In this document: piece by piece, positions 18,053 to 25,871 of the stretch
How positions within the stretch are numbered: the stretch's first letter is position 1
How the letters are laid out: every line of letters starts with the position of its first letter
IMG/VR virus record: IMGVR_UViG_3300042898_003554
Span: 1 to 25,871 of that record
Direction: 5' to 3' (one strand)
DNA: 25,871 bases
DNA from: a virus
Lineage: Duplodnaviria > Caudoviricetes
Notes under the pieces: model-generated
Database searches by the model: none
Seen by the model: only the letters and a program-made list of their open reading frames with translations
Told to the model about the DNA's origin: nothing
Made by a program: the position numbers and the translations under genes

Positions 18053-18541
18053 TTATTTTCCAAGTTTTTTATCAATAAATTTTTTAATGGTATTCAATGC
18101 ACTTGTCACGTCGCCGCCAACCCACAAACTTTGCGGATTGTCCACATGCTCTGGATATTCTGAATTCCAAAGATCGTTTGATCCCCAATGACCTTTTACG
18201 GCTCCATTAGTTTGACATGAAGCCGTTTTGTTTCCGGCCATAAATCGCGTGATTATGATTTGAAATTTTCCTGTGCCCTTCGGTCTATCACCGGGATTAT
18301 TTCTTTTAAATTCCTTGTAGTTACCATCATATTCGAATGTTCCGGCCAATTTAAATGCGTCGTCTTCTTTACTATATCCGTATTTTTCGGCGGTAGCAGC
18401 AACGCCTTGAATTGAGTTGGTGTCGGTCAAAATCAATCTAAAATCAAATTTAATGTTTTCATCGATTGTCCAATATTTTGGAGCACCGTCCATCTCTTGA
18501 ATGACTTCTTTAATTAATTGTTTTAATTCTAATTTTTTCAT
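18053..18541 (-). CDS. Hypothetical protein
   Basis: 162 aa; leader MKKLELKQLIKEVIQE followed by an unrecognised globular-looking domain. Confidence 0.72.
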   Translation of the reverse strand: MKKLELKQLIKEVIQEMDGAPKYWTIDENIKFDFRLILTDTNSIQGVAATAEKYGYSKEDDAFKLAGTFEYDGNYKEFKRNNPGDRPKGTGKFQIIITRFMAGNKTASCQTNGAVKGHWGSNDLWNSEYPEHVDNPQSLWVGGDVTSALNTIKKFIDKKLGK

Positions 18542-18542
18542 A

Positions 18543-19418
18543 TTATTTAAAATTCTTCAACTCTTTAACTAGCTCATAACTCAACATAAGTGCCATGATT
18601 TGATTTTCCTTGACCAACGTACCTTTGGTAATCTTTTCCAGTTGGTTCAAGGTTTCTTCGATTTTGATTTTGACAACATCGTTGTCTATACTGTTCTTCA
18701 GTTCTGTTATTTGTTTACGTACTTCGGGAACTTCTTGGTTAATATATTCTCTTAGCGAATTTGTATTACTCACATTGTTGATATATTCGCGAATCAAGAT
18801 CTTTTGCTTGTTGTCTAAGTTTTTGTATTTTTCGTTAAAAGAATCGACTAATAGCTTATAAGCCAATAAACGAACATCTTCGTTTTGTTGCTGATATACC
18901 TTGACCATATCTTTCTTTTCCTCCTCGGAAATGACTCTCGTAGGATTCTTGGACAACAACATGCTTTCTGTGATACAATTACGAGCTTTATAAACTTCTC
19001 TTGGATCACACGCCACGTCGTTTACGCTTTCTTCAAATACTTTATATATAGATGCAAGTAGTTTGTAGTTTGATATACTACCATTCAAAAATGCTTCAAT
19101 TGGATAATTTTCCTTAATTTCCTTGATCAACTCATATTTTTGTTGATTAAGTACTCTTTCATTTAACTTTTTTCTGGTTCTTGCGATTGTTTCAAGTAGT
19201 CTGTCTGCTGCGAATTGATCTTTAACTTTGTCCTCTAAAATAATACGGTATAAACGGTTTTCCTTTCCAAGCTCAGTTGACTCGGTAAAATACTTACGAA
19301 GTATACGATTTGCAGTAGATTCTTCTTTTCCGGCAAGAATGTCGGCGGTAACTTGACGAACCAGTAGTTCGAACAAGATTCCGGCGTTTTTAAACTTGGA
19401 ATGCTTGAGTTTCTTCAT
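18543..19418 (-). CDS. Hypothetical helical protein downstream of the portal
   Basis: 291 aa, charged and helical throughout (MKKLKHSKFKNAGILFELLVRQ..); motif upstream. Function not recognised. Confidence 0.78.
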   Translation of the reverse strand: MKKLKHSKFKNAGILFELLVRQVTADILAGKEESTANRILRKYFTESTELGKENRLYRIILEDKVKDQFAADRLLETIARTRKKLNERVLNQQKYELIKEIKENYPIEAFLNGSISNYKLLASIYKVFEESVNDVACDPREVYKARNCITESMLLSKNPTRVISEEEKKDMVKVYQQQNEDVRLLAYKLLVDSFNEKYKNLDNKQKILIREYINNVSNTNSLREYINQEVPEVRKQITELKNSIDNDVVKIKIEETLNQLEKITKGTLVKENQIMALMLSYELVKELKNFK

Positions 19419-19429
19419 ACAATTTTAAT

Positions 19430-19437
19430 TATAAATA
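19430..19437 (-). promoter_or_regulatory. TATTTATA motif (putative late promoter)
   Basis: 11 nt upstream of the ATG at 19418. Confidence 0.6.
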
Positions 19438-19463
19438 TATTATAGCTCGATAAAAACGACAGA

Positions 19464-22400
19464 TTATATAGGTTTATCTTCCGAAATGATATTAGACTCG
19501 TCCAATAGCGATCTTTTTTCGGTTATTACGGTTTTGGATTTGGTGTTATATCTTTTCTTTAACACACTTGTTATACTCTTTAAATCTTCTTCTAAGGACA
19601 GTGGGGATCCTCTATATGTATGTCTAATAGAACGGTCGGATTTAGACCTTTCCTTGTTTTCTTTAGCCCCAAGCGGGTCTTCTCCCCAGTTTTTGTCACT
19701 TCTAGACGTATATTTCTCTTTGTTTCCTGTTTGGTCACGGTTTCCACGTTCACGGTCTTTTCTGGTTTCTTCTTCTAATGGGGGTAGTTCACCGGCGTCG
19801 GCACCGCCAGCCTCGGCACCGGCATCATCGCCACCACCAGCGTCCATCTCGTCGCCACCTCCACCACCACCAAGGTCTGACATTCCGCCGCCCAGATCTG
19901 CTGGACCGGCATCACCTCCAACTTTTTGATTGCTTGTTGCCGGATCATTACCTTCATCTTTAATTTGCTGCCGACGCCATTCTTGCTTTTTGTCCTTGAT
20001 AACTTCATCTTCCATACCTTCGACGTCGTCCGATGACATATTAAATATCTTATTATATACCCATTTACGGCTAAACATTTCAGAATCCGTCATGTCCTTG
20101 GCAACATTCATCTTGTCTTGCCATATAGCGATCTTCTCTTGTTCAAATATTGTAGATGGATTACTTAATTCAAGTTCAAAATCAACCAGCGATGCGTCTT
20201 GGTATCCTTGTACATATAAGTGAACAATGGCGATCTTTGTTAATTCGGAAACTAGAATGCGTTGAATGCGTCCAATTGTTCTACTAAAGCGAACATCTTC
20301 TGCTGCCAACGTTGCTTTTCCAGAAATGGTTTCATCGTAACCCAAGAAAGCTTTTGGAATCTTGAGTGCGGCCATCATTTTGTTACGAACATACTCCAAG
20401 TCTTCGATGCCGGTAAAATCCATACCGGGTAATGTATCAATTTTGGTACCGCTATCACCGCCACGAACTGGTAGATAAAAATCTTCCACCATATTATTTA
20501 AATTGAAGCGTAGATTATAGTCCCCAGTTCTTTCGTCAATGTAAGGAACTTTCTTTACTTGAGAAATTACCTTTTGCATTGCGCCGTCGATCTCCGACGG
20601 CGGTAGATTACCAACGTCGATGGAAAAAATACGTTTTTCCGGCGCTCTCATGATACGGTGAATTAACATCGCATCTTCCATCAAACTTAATTGTTTCCAA
20701 ACACGACGTGCTGGTTCAATCATACTTTTGCCATATGGCAAAAAGTTACTATCACTTAGTAAACGAAAGTGTGCTATTTCGAAATTTTCATATTCCATTC
20801 CGCCGCCCAATCCGTCATGTTGGAATTTTACATAGTTGATATTCTTTGGGTCCGAACCTTCTACGCGAGTAAGCTCATATGGGCTTATTGGATGCACTAG
20901 GTATACACCATATTCCGGTGACACTTCCAACCGTAAGAAAAAATCACCATACTTAGCCATGTTGCGCGTCCATGACCACAAATTGAATTCAATATTCAAA
21001 ATGTCATTGAATAAATTTTCTAGAATCTTCTTGATGTTCTCATTCTGAGAACGAATAGTCAACACATGACCAAATTCGCTTGGTACAAGACAGTTGTGTG
21101 TAAAAATTTTAGACCCGTCGTTAGCTTCGATTGCGTATATATGAGAATCACCGACATTTACTAAGTCATATGCACCATGTGTTCCACATTCTTCAATTGC
21201 CACAATTCTGTGATTTGATGAATTTACTATATCTCGAAGTCCTTTATACTGACAAGTGGAAATAAAATCTCTCAATTCATAGGGTGTCACCCCCAATGCA
21301 TCTGATACCATTTTGTTTTTTCTATATATATTCACTCCATTACGAATCAAATCAGAGCAAGCATATTTAATTTTTTCTACGGTAATTCCTCTTGCTAAAT
21401 AGTCCGCGTGTCGTTTCTTTAGCGCAATTTGTTTTATCTGTGCAACACCCCACTTATTTCTCAGAGTAAATTCTACTTCTGATTGTAAATTACGCGAGAT
21501 ATTATATTTTTTCTTCAATTTTACATCGGACATTCCATCCAACACATTTTTTTCATATTTTTCAACATCGATATTTTGTGAAAAATTTTTCCATTTTCCA
21601 TTTTTATTTCCACTTAATTTATACCCATTACCAAACATTCCATTTAATTCCCCAACTCGCCCAAATATTTCTTTTTTTTCCTCGACTGTCATATTTTGGA
21701 TGAAGTCTTGCATAAATTTTTTTTGCCTTTTTGAAACGGATTTTTTTAAATCTTCCGTCCAATACAATTTATGCGCCAAACGTATTTTGTTTTTATATTC
21801 TTTAGCTTTTTCGGGATCTGACCAAATAGTTCTATTGTGTTCGGCATGTAATTTACAGTGTTCGTTTGAATCCATCCATATTAATTCGGAAGGAGAATTA
21901 TTTCTTTTATCGAAAGATGCGTGGTGTATTACTTTTGATTCAGATTTTAAATTATTTTTCAAATCTACCAGTGGTTGATAACTATTTGCTACCAGTCTGT
22001 GAGTGTATTTCCATTTTCCATTTTCCAATAACATCTCATAACCATTTAAAAATTTGTTGTTTGATATTTTAGTAGAGAATACCTTCAAACTAGATCCTAC
22101 CGTTAGTTTGTTCGTTTCTACTTGATTTCCGTCAGATAATACCCATATATGGTTTTTTGTACATTTTACTTCCGTACCATCACATAAAGTAATTTTTACC
22201 ATGGGTTTTTTTCCATTGTATGCAACTCTTTCACATAGTTGGGGGCAAAATTTTCCAGAAGAATCCACGGAATAAACCCAGAAATTTTTTTCATCTCGGC
22301 GATATAATTCTTCAATTGATAACTTTCTACCGTCCATTAATGGGATTGTAGTTTCTCCCGAAAGACACTCATCTGCGTATATATCCAAAGCACTTGCAAT

Positions 22401-22664
22401 GATCGGATCCATGTCCATCACGTCATAGTCTCGAAACAATTCAAGTCGAGCGGCTTGATATGCCATCGACATGTCTCGATTGTGTAGATTATAAGTCGAA
22501 CTTCTTAAACGATTGAATCTATCACGCAGACTGTTTCTGTCTGTTGCGTATTGAATTTCATCCGTATCTACGACCTTTATCTTTTTACCGCCTACATTAC
22601 GAACGATAACGTCCGTAGAAAACATTTTCTTTAGTCTATTAAATAAGTCTTTTGAATCAGCCAT
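19464..22664 (-). CDS. gp20: Portal protein (T4 gp20-like), intein-containing precursor (1066 aa; 641 aa after splicing)
   Basis: ALDIYADEC, PARRVWKQLSLMEDAMLIHRIMRAPEKRIFSIDVGNLP, EDFYLPVRGG..IDTLPG, ALKIPKAFL, EDVRFSRTI are gp20 motifs; follows the large terminase. Confidence 0.95.
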   Translation of the reverse strand: MADSKDLFNRLKKMFSTDVIVRNVGGKKIKVVDTDEIQYATDRNSLRDRFNRLRSSTYNLHNRDMSMAYQAARLELFRDYDVMDMDPIIASALDIYADECLSGETTIPLMDGRKLSIEELYRRDEKNFWVYSVDSSGKFCPQLCERVAYNGKKPMVKITLCDGTEVKCTKNHIWVLSDGNQVETNKLTVGSSLKVFSTKISNNKFLNGYEMLLENGKWKYTHRLVANSYQPLVDLKNNLKSESKVIHHASFDKRNNSPSELIWMDSNEHCKLHAEHNRTIWSDPEKAKEYKNKIRLAHKLYWTEDLKKSVSKRQKKFMQDFIQNMTVEEKKEIFGRVGELNGMFGNGYKLSGNKNGKWKNFSQNIDVEKYEKNVLDGMSDVKLKKKYNISRNLQSEVEFTLRNKWGVAQIKQIALKKRHADYLARGITVEKIKYACSDLIRNGVNIYRKNKMVSDALGVTPYELRDFISTCQYKGLRDIVNSSNHRIVAIEECGTHGAYDLVNVGDSHIYAIEANDGSKIFTHNCLVPSEFGHVLTIRSQNENIKKILENLFNDILNIEFNLWSWTRNMAKYGDFFLRLEVSPEYGVYLVHPISPYELTRVEGSDPKNINYVKFQHDGLGGGMEYENFEIAHFRLLSDSNFLPYGKSMIEPARRVWKQLSLMEDAMLIHRIMRAPEKRIFSIDVGNLPPSEIDGAMQKVISQVKKVPYIDERTGDYNLRFNLNNMVEDFYLPVRGGDSGTKIDTLPGMDFTGIEDLEYVRNKMMAALKIPKAFLGYDETISGKATLAAEDVRFSRTIGRIQRILVSELTKIAIVHLYVQGYQDASLVDFELELSNPSTIFEQEKIAIWQDKMNVAKDMTDSEMFSRKWVYNKIFNMSSDDVEGMEDEVIKDKKQEWRRQQIKDEGNDPATSNQKVGGDAGPADLGGGMSDLGGGGGGDEMDAGGGDDAGAEAGGADAGELPPLEEETRKDRERGNRDQTGNKEKYTSRSDKNWGEDPLGAKENKERSKSDRSIRHTYRGSPLSLEEDLKSITSVLKKRYNTKSKTVITEKRSLLDESNIISEDKPI
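21093..22367 (-). mobile_element. Intein (425 aa) with HNH-type homing endonuclease
   Basis: Starts at Cys100 CLSGETTIPLMDG (block A), has VKCTKNHIWV (block B TxxH), AYDLVNV (block F), ends IFTHN with Cys at +1. Central THRLVA..VIHHASFDKRNNSPSEL..EHCKLH is HNH-like. Confidence 0.93.
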
Positions 22665-22697
22665 AAGTTTGTCTGTATATATATGAAGCGGTTACTG

Positions 22698-22705
22698 TAT
22701 AAATA
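22698..22705 (-). promoter_or_regulatory. TATTTATA motif (putative late promoter of the portal gene)
   Basis: 33 nt upstream of the portal ATG; a near copy lies at 22732-22739. Confidence 0.55.
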
Positions 22706-22754
22706 TACAATTAGACTATTTTTATCTAGATAATAAATATTAACCTTAAAATTT

Positions 22755-24386
22755 TTATATTAACCATCGAAGATCTATTTTATCACCGCCGCGAATATGC
22801 ATTTTCCACGAGTCTTGCGGTATGCCATATACGTTGTTTGATTGTTGTGTCATAAGTGGCTTAAAATTACTTTTGATGGCATCGCTCGACGATGATCCTA
22901 CCTTATCCAATATGGTTTTCATTATACTATCACTGTCTTTGCGTAGTCGTAATGCCACGTCTCTAATCCACAGTGCTATACCCATCGCCATAACCAAATC
23001 GTCATTATAACCCACCATCGCTTCCGCTTTGGCCGATGTACCCGAGGATTTCCATATAAAAACATTAAGTTCTTCTATCAATCGGTTGCTGTGGATAATA
23101 ACTTCTTTGTTTCTTATATAACTTTCGAGTTTTGATATAACAAGTGGTCTTGTTTTGTTGGATGTTGTAAAACCGGGAGTCATTTTTCTTTCTACACTAT
23201 TGATTTTGTTGGTCATTTGGTTTTCAACATCAACGTATTGTAAGTCGGAAGAACTATAAAAAAGATTTGAGTAGTTTGAATCCAATACTTCTTGTATTAC
23301 CGCCCAACCAACGTTTGCATTTTCTATGACCAACAACGCGGAATTATATTCAGTTGCCATCGTCATCAGTGCTCTTGCATAATCTTTGGTTGGCAATTTA
23401 CCTTTGTATTCGGCAACTTGTTCCATTGTCTCAATATCAAGAATCTGCGCAGCTGAAAAATCTTGAGCATCTCCACGCGCAACGTCGGCAGACACCATGT
23501 ATGATCTGCCCGGTTCTGGATATTTGTATATCCAATATCCTTTATCTATTCCACGTTTTTCTATTGGTTCCAACACATGAGTTTTTGCATACCAATCGAG
23601 AACTGGAATATCAATAACCGTATTACCGGATGTACTGAATTGACAATCGCATTCTTGTGCCGCGCCCTTTTCTCCAGATAGCTTTGTTTGTTCATCGCGC
23701 CATTTCTGATCTCGCTCCGGATGCATGTGCCACGGAAGACTAATACGATTCATGTCGTTCAGTCCTTGCTCAGATTCGGTCCATAATTTATGAAAGAAGT
23801 TACCCACACCGTTTGGGGTAGAAAGAATAATAGCCTTGCCGCCGGTACTCAATGTATATTGAGCAGACAGCCATATTTCAGAAATGCCGTCAATAAACGC
23901 AGCCTCGTCGATGATTAGTAGAGATAGAGCAGAAGAACGGCCCGATGTGCCAGCGGATGATGCTGCCTTGATTTCAGAACCATTCTTCAACTTTAGAGAC
24001 AGTCTGTTGTCTTCAACCGCCGGAACCTTTAACCAACTTGGTAGATTGTCGTTAGCAAAACGAACTTTGGTTACAATCGCCTTGGATGTCTCTTGTGTAA
24101 TACTCAAACACAATATTTGTTTGTCGCTGTGAAATGTCATGAGCCACATCGAGTAACCGGCGACAAGAGTTGTAATACCCATCTGACGAGATTTTAAAAT
24201 AATATTTTGGTTGTGTTTTACGAAATCTTCGAGAGCAAGATCTTGAAACGGGTATGTCAAGAAAGGCAAAGTTCCGCGTGTAGGATGTTGAATTTTTACA
24301 TACTTCTTCATGAAGTATACCGGATCTCTGAGACACTTTGAGTATTCTGACTTAATTACGTCTTTTAAATTTTGAGTAGTTGCCAT
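22755..24386 (-). CDS. terL: Terminase large subunit (T4 gp17-like)
   Basis: 543 aa. YPFQ adenine-binding motif, Walker A IILKSRQMGITT, Walker B LLIIDEAAF, LSTPNG coupling motif, nuclease ADVARG..DFS and NDDLVMA. Confidence 0.96.
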   Translation of the reverse strand: MATTQNLKDVIKSEYSKCLRDPVYFMKKYVKIQHPTRGTLPFLTYPFQDLALEDFVKHNQNIILKSRQMGITTLVAGYSMWLMTFHSDKQILCLSITQETSKAIVTKVRFANDNLPSWLKVPAVEDNRLSLKLKNGSEIKAASSAGTSGRSSALSLLIIDEAAFIDGISEIWLSAQYTLSTGGKAIILSTPNGVGNFFHKLWTESEQGLNDMNRISLPWHMHPERDQKWRDEQTKLSGEKGAAQECDCQFSTSGNTVIDIPVLDWYAKTHVLEPIEKRGIDKGYWIYKYPEPGRSYMVSADVARGDAQDFSAAQILDIETMEQVAEYKGKLPTKDYARALMTMATEYNSALLVIENANVGWAVIQEVLDSNYSNLFYSSSDLQYVDVENQMTNKINSVERKMTPGFTTSNKTRPLVISKLESYIRNKEVIIHSNRLIEELNVFIWKSSGTSAKAEAMVGYNDDLVMAMGIALWIRDVALRLRKDSDSIMKTILDKVGSSSSDAIKSNFKPLMTQQSNNVYGIPQDSWKMHIRGGDKIDLRWLI

Positions 24387-24387
24387 A

Positions 24388-24777
24388 TTATGCTTCTCCC
24401 AATTCGTCGTATCTCAAATATAAACGCGATGTGTGATCAATAAATAAAACGTCTGGTATTTCTTCATGCACATCCTCGCGGAACTGCCGAGCTGATATAT
24501 CGAGTATTTTTCCTTCTACACTAACCCAGTCGTGATTTACTCTATATTCATCTCCCGAGAACTCATCACATTGCATATATTTCTCGGCTTCTGGCTCATC
24601 CAGTGTAAATTCTCCCATCACGTGCGTTGCGTTTATCTTGTATTTAACCAGTTCCTCGGTCAAATCTTTGGCCATAACCGCACAATAGCCAAATGCGCTT
24701 GGATATTTCCGATTAACTCTTTCTGCAATCCCCAGTATTATATTATGTTGCGGCAAGAAGTTTGTCAATTTCTGCAT
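24388..24777 (-). CDS. Small transglutaminase-like / papain-fold protein (putative Cys-His-Asp triad)
   Basis: 129 aa. GYCAVMAKDL..NHDWVSVEGKILDISARQF gives C..HxW..D spacing. Stops 1 nt before the terL start; overlaps the upstream gene by 35 nt, so the start is uncertain. Confidence 0.6.
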   Translation of the reverse strand: MQKLTNFLPQHNIILGIAERVNRKYPSAFGYCAVMAKDLTEELVKYKINATHVMGEFTLDEPEAEKYMQCDEFSGDEYRVNHDWVSVEGKILDISARQFREDVHEEIPDVLFIDHTSRLYLRYDELGEA

Positions 24778-25381
24778 TTGTTTTCTTCAGTTCTTTTTCG
24801 GCCGATTTTATTTTCTTCAAGCACGTAACGAAATCCTTGTTTATTTTCTTAACCAAGTCATCACGAGCTTCGTTGGACCATTCTTCTACCATACCCGTGG
24901 AATTAGCATATGTAAGTGTCTTGGAATCTTCTGTCGCCAAGTAGTCTTTACTTTCTTTTAATTTTTGACGAACATCGTTCAGGTAAGATATTTCGTTTTC
25001 AAGTAGCTTTTTAGTTTCGTACAATTTAAATTGACCTTTGATTCTGAGTTGAGTCTCTTCTTTAACCAAACACTCTAGACACTTCTTTGTCTTAAAAAAC
25101 ATCTTGCGATCTTGTCTAGTTCCCCAACGAATTTCACAGTTACACGACGTGCATCTTTGATTCATCTCGGCGCGGACAATATCCATTACCTTAGTAACAG
25201 TCTGTGGACCATTTTCTTTTTGAATCCACTGTTTACCAAGATGATCCGTCCAAATCTCCCCGACTTTGCGAATGATATACTTATCTTTATCGCCAGTATA
25301 TCCAACTTGTATGAATGGTCGCTCGCCCTTGAGCATTTTACCGACCATTTCTATATTTGACATGTTTTGACCGTGCTTCAT
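24743..25381 (-). CDS. Hypothetical Zn-finger protein
   Basis: 212 aa. CTSC..CLEC, preceded by KVGEIWTD..GKQWIQK and followed by a predicted coiled coil. Confidence 0.75.
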   Translation of the reverse strand: MKHGQNMSNIEMVGKMLKGERPFIQVGYTGDKDKYIIRKVGEIWTDHLGKQWIQKENGPQTVTKVMDIVRAEMNQRCTSCNCEIRWGTRQDRKMFFKTKKCLECLVKEETQLRIKGQFKLYETKKLLENEISYLNDVRQKLKESKDYLATEDSKTLTYANSTGMVEEWSNEARDDLVKKINKDFVTCLKKIKSAEKELKKTNAEIDKLLAAT

Positions 25382-25486
25382 AATATTTTAGTTATAACCT
25401 TTTCTATATATATGAACTCCAGTGAAGTTTTGTATCAAAACTACTTTATTTTATTTGTAATTAAAAAGTCGCTTAGTAATTAAATT

Positions 25487-25871
25487 TTACTCTTGATTTA
25501 TATCTGTTGTAGTATCCCCCCCACCTTCATAGGGAGCCTCGGTTGTGGTCGTAGTTGGAGCCTCCGTCGTTGTAGTCGGTGCTTCCGTGGTCGTAGTTGG
25601 AGCCTCCGTCGTTGTAGTCGGTGCTTCCGTGGTCGTAGTTGGAGCCTCCGTCGTTGTAGTCGGTGCCAAAGTGGTTGTCGTTGGAGCTTCTGTCGTTGTA
25701 GTCGGTGCTTCCGTGGTCGTTGTTGGAACCCCTGTCGTTGTAGTCGGTGCTTCCGTGGTTGTCGTTGGAGCCTCCGTCGTTGTTGTAGTCGGTGCCAAAG
25801 TGGTTGTCGTTGGAGCTTCTGTCGTTGTAGTCGGTGCTTCCGTGGTCGTTGTTGGAACCCCTGTCGTTGTA
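25487..25871 (-). CDS. 3' end of a Thr-rich (mucin-like) repeat protein, starting outside the window
   Basis: The frame stays open to the window edge (..TTTGVPTTTTEAPTTTTEAPTTTTLAP..); the track start at 25798 is an internal TTG. Confidence 0.75.
   Translation of the reverse strand, partial: TTTGVPTTTTEAPTTTTEAPTTTTLAPTTTTTEAPTTTTEAPTTTTGVPTTTTEAPTTTTEAPTTTTLAPTTTTEAPTTTTEAPTTTTEAPTTTTEAPTTTTEAPTTTTTEAPYEGGGDTTTDINQE
25533..25871 (-). repeat. 21-nt coding minisatellite (TTTTEAP)n
   Basis: About 16 units with GVP and LAP variants, exact 42-nt dimer repeats at ~25545-25666, and a 129-nt higher-order period. Confidence 0.95.

Noticed and set aside
19486-20223. Plus-strand ORFs over the portal 3' end, and similar shadow ORFs (3590..3973, 7447..7806, 12229..12594, 23884..24132)
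   Set aside because: Antisense to well-supported genes, low-complexity translations, no motifs or upstream signals.
22755-24386. Intein or intron in the terminase
   Set aside because: Length and motif spacing are those of an uninterrupted gp17-like protein; no splicing motifs seen.
25516-25522. C7 tract as a phase-variation site
   Set aside because: Short, encodes Gly codons, and lies about 10 codons from the stop, so slippage would change little.
25533-25871. Possible CRISPR array
   Set aside because: Contiguous 21-nt units with no unique spacers, in-frame coding, and no cas genes.
1-25871. Stop-codon reassignment as seen in some large phages
   Set aside because: Core genes are full length in the standard code and tile tightly; TGA serves as a stop in ATGA overlaps (618-621, 5172-5175).

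Overview
Virion-morphogenesis region of a large T4-like tailed phage, almost all on the minus strand and readable in the standard genetic code. In transcription order it encodes: a Thr-rich repeat protein (cut by the window edge), a Zn-finger protein, a small transglutaminase-like protein, large terminase, a portal protein interrupted by a 425-aa HNH intein, several small prohead-core-like proteins, prohead protease, scaffold, major capsid protein, gp13- and gp14-like neck proteins, a gp15-like tail terminator with a C-terminal extension, and two paralogues of that extension. Interspersed accessory genes are two large nuclease + GNAT/Mom-like proteins pointing outward from the scaffold-capsid pair, a plus-strand lysozyme, a Zn/OB-fold protein, a minimal Vsr/DUF559-like nuclease and a 6-repeat propeller + LamG protein. 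The most interesting signals are (i) a shared short N-terminal leader ending in a T4-type [LIV]-x-E protease site on otherwise unrelated proteins, suggesting a capsid cargo-loading system; (ii) a TATTTATA element, the reverse complement of the T4 late promoter, just upstream of many starts; (iii) the portal intein; (iv) the gp15-derived paralogue series. All family assignments come from motif recognition by eye; no searches were run.
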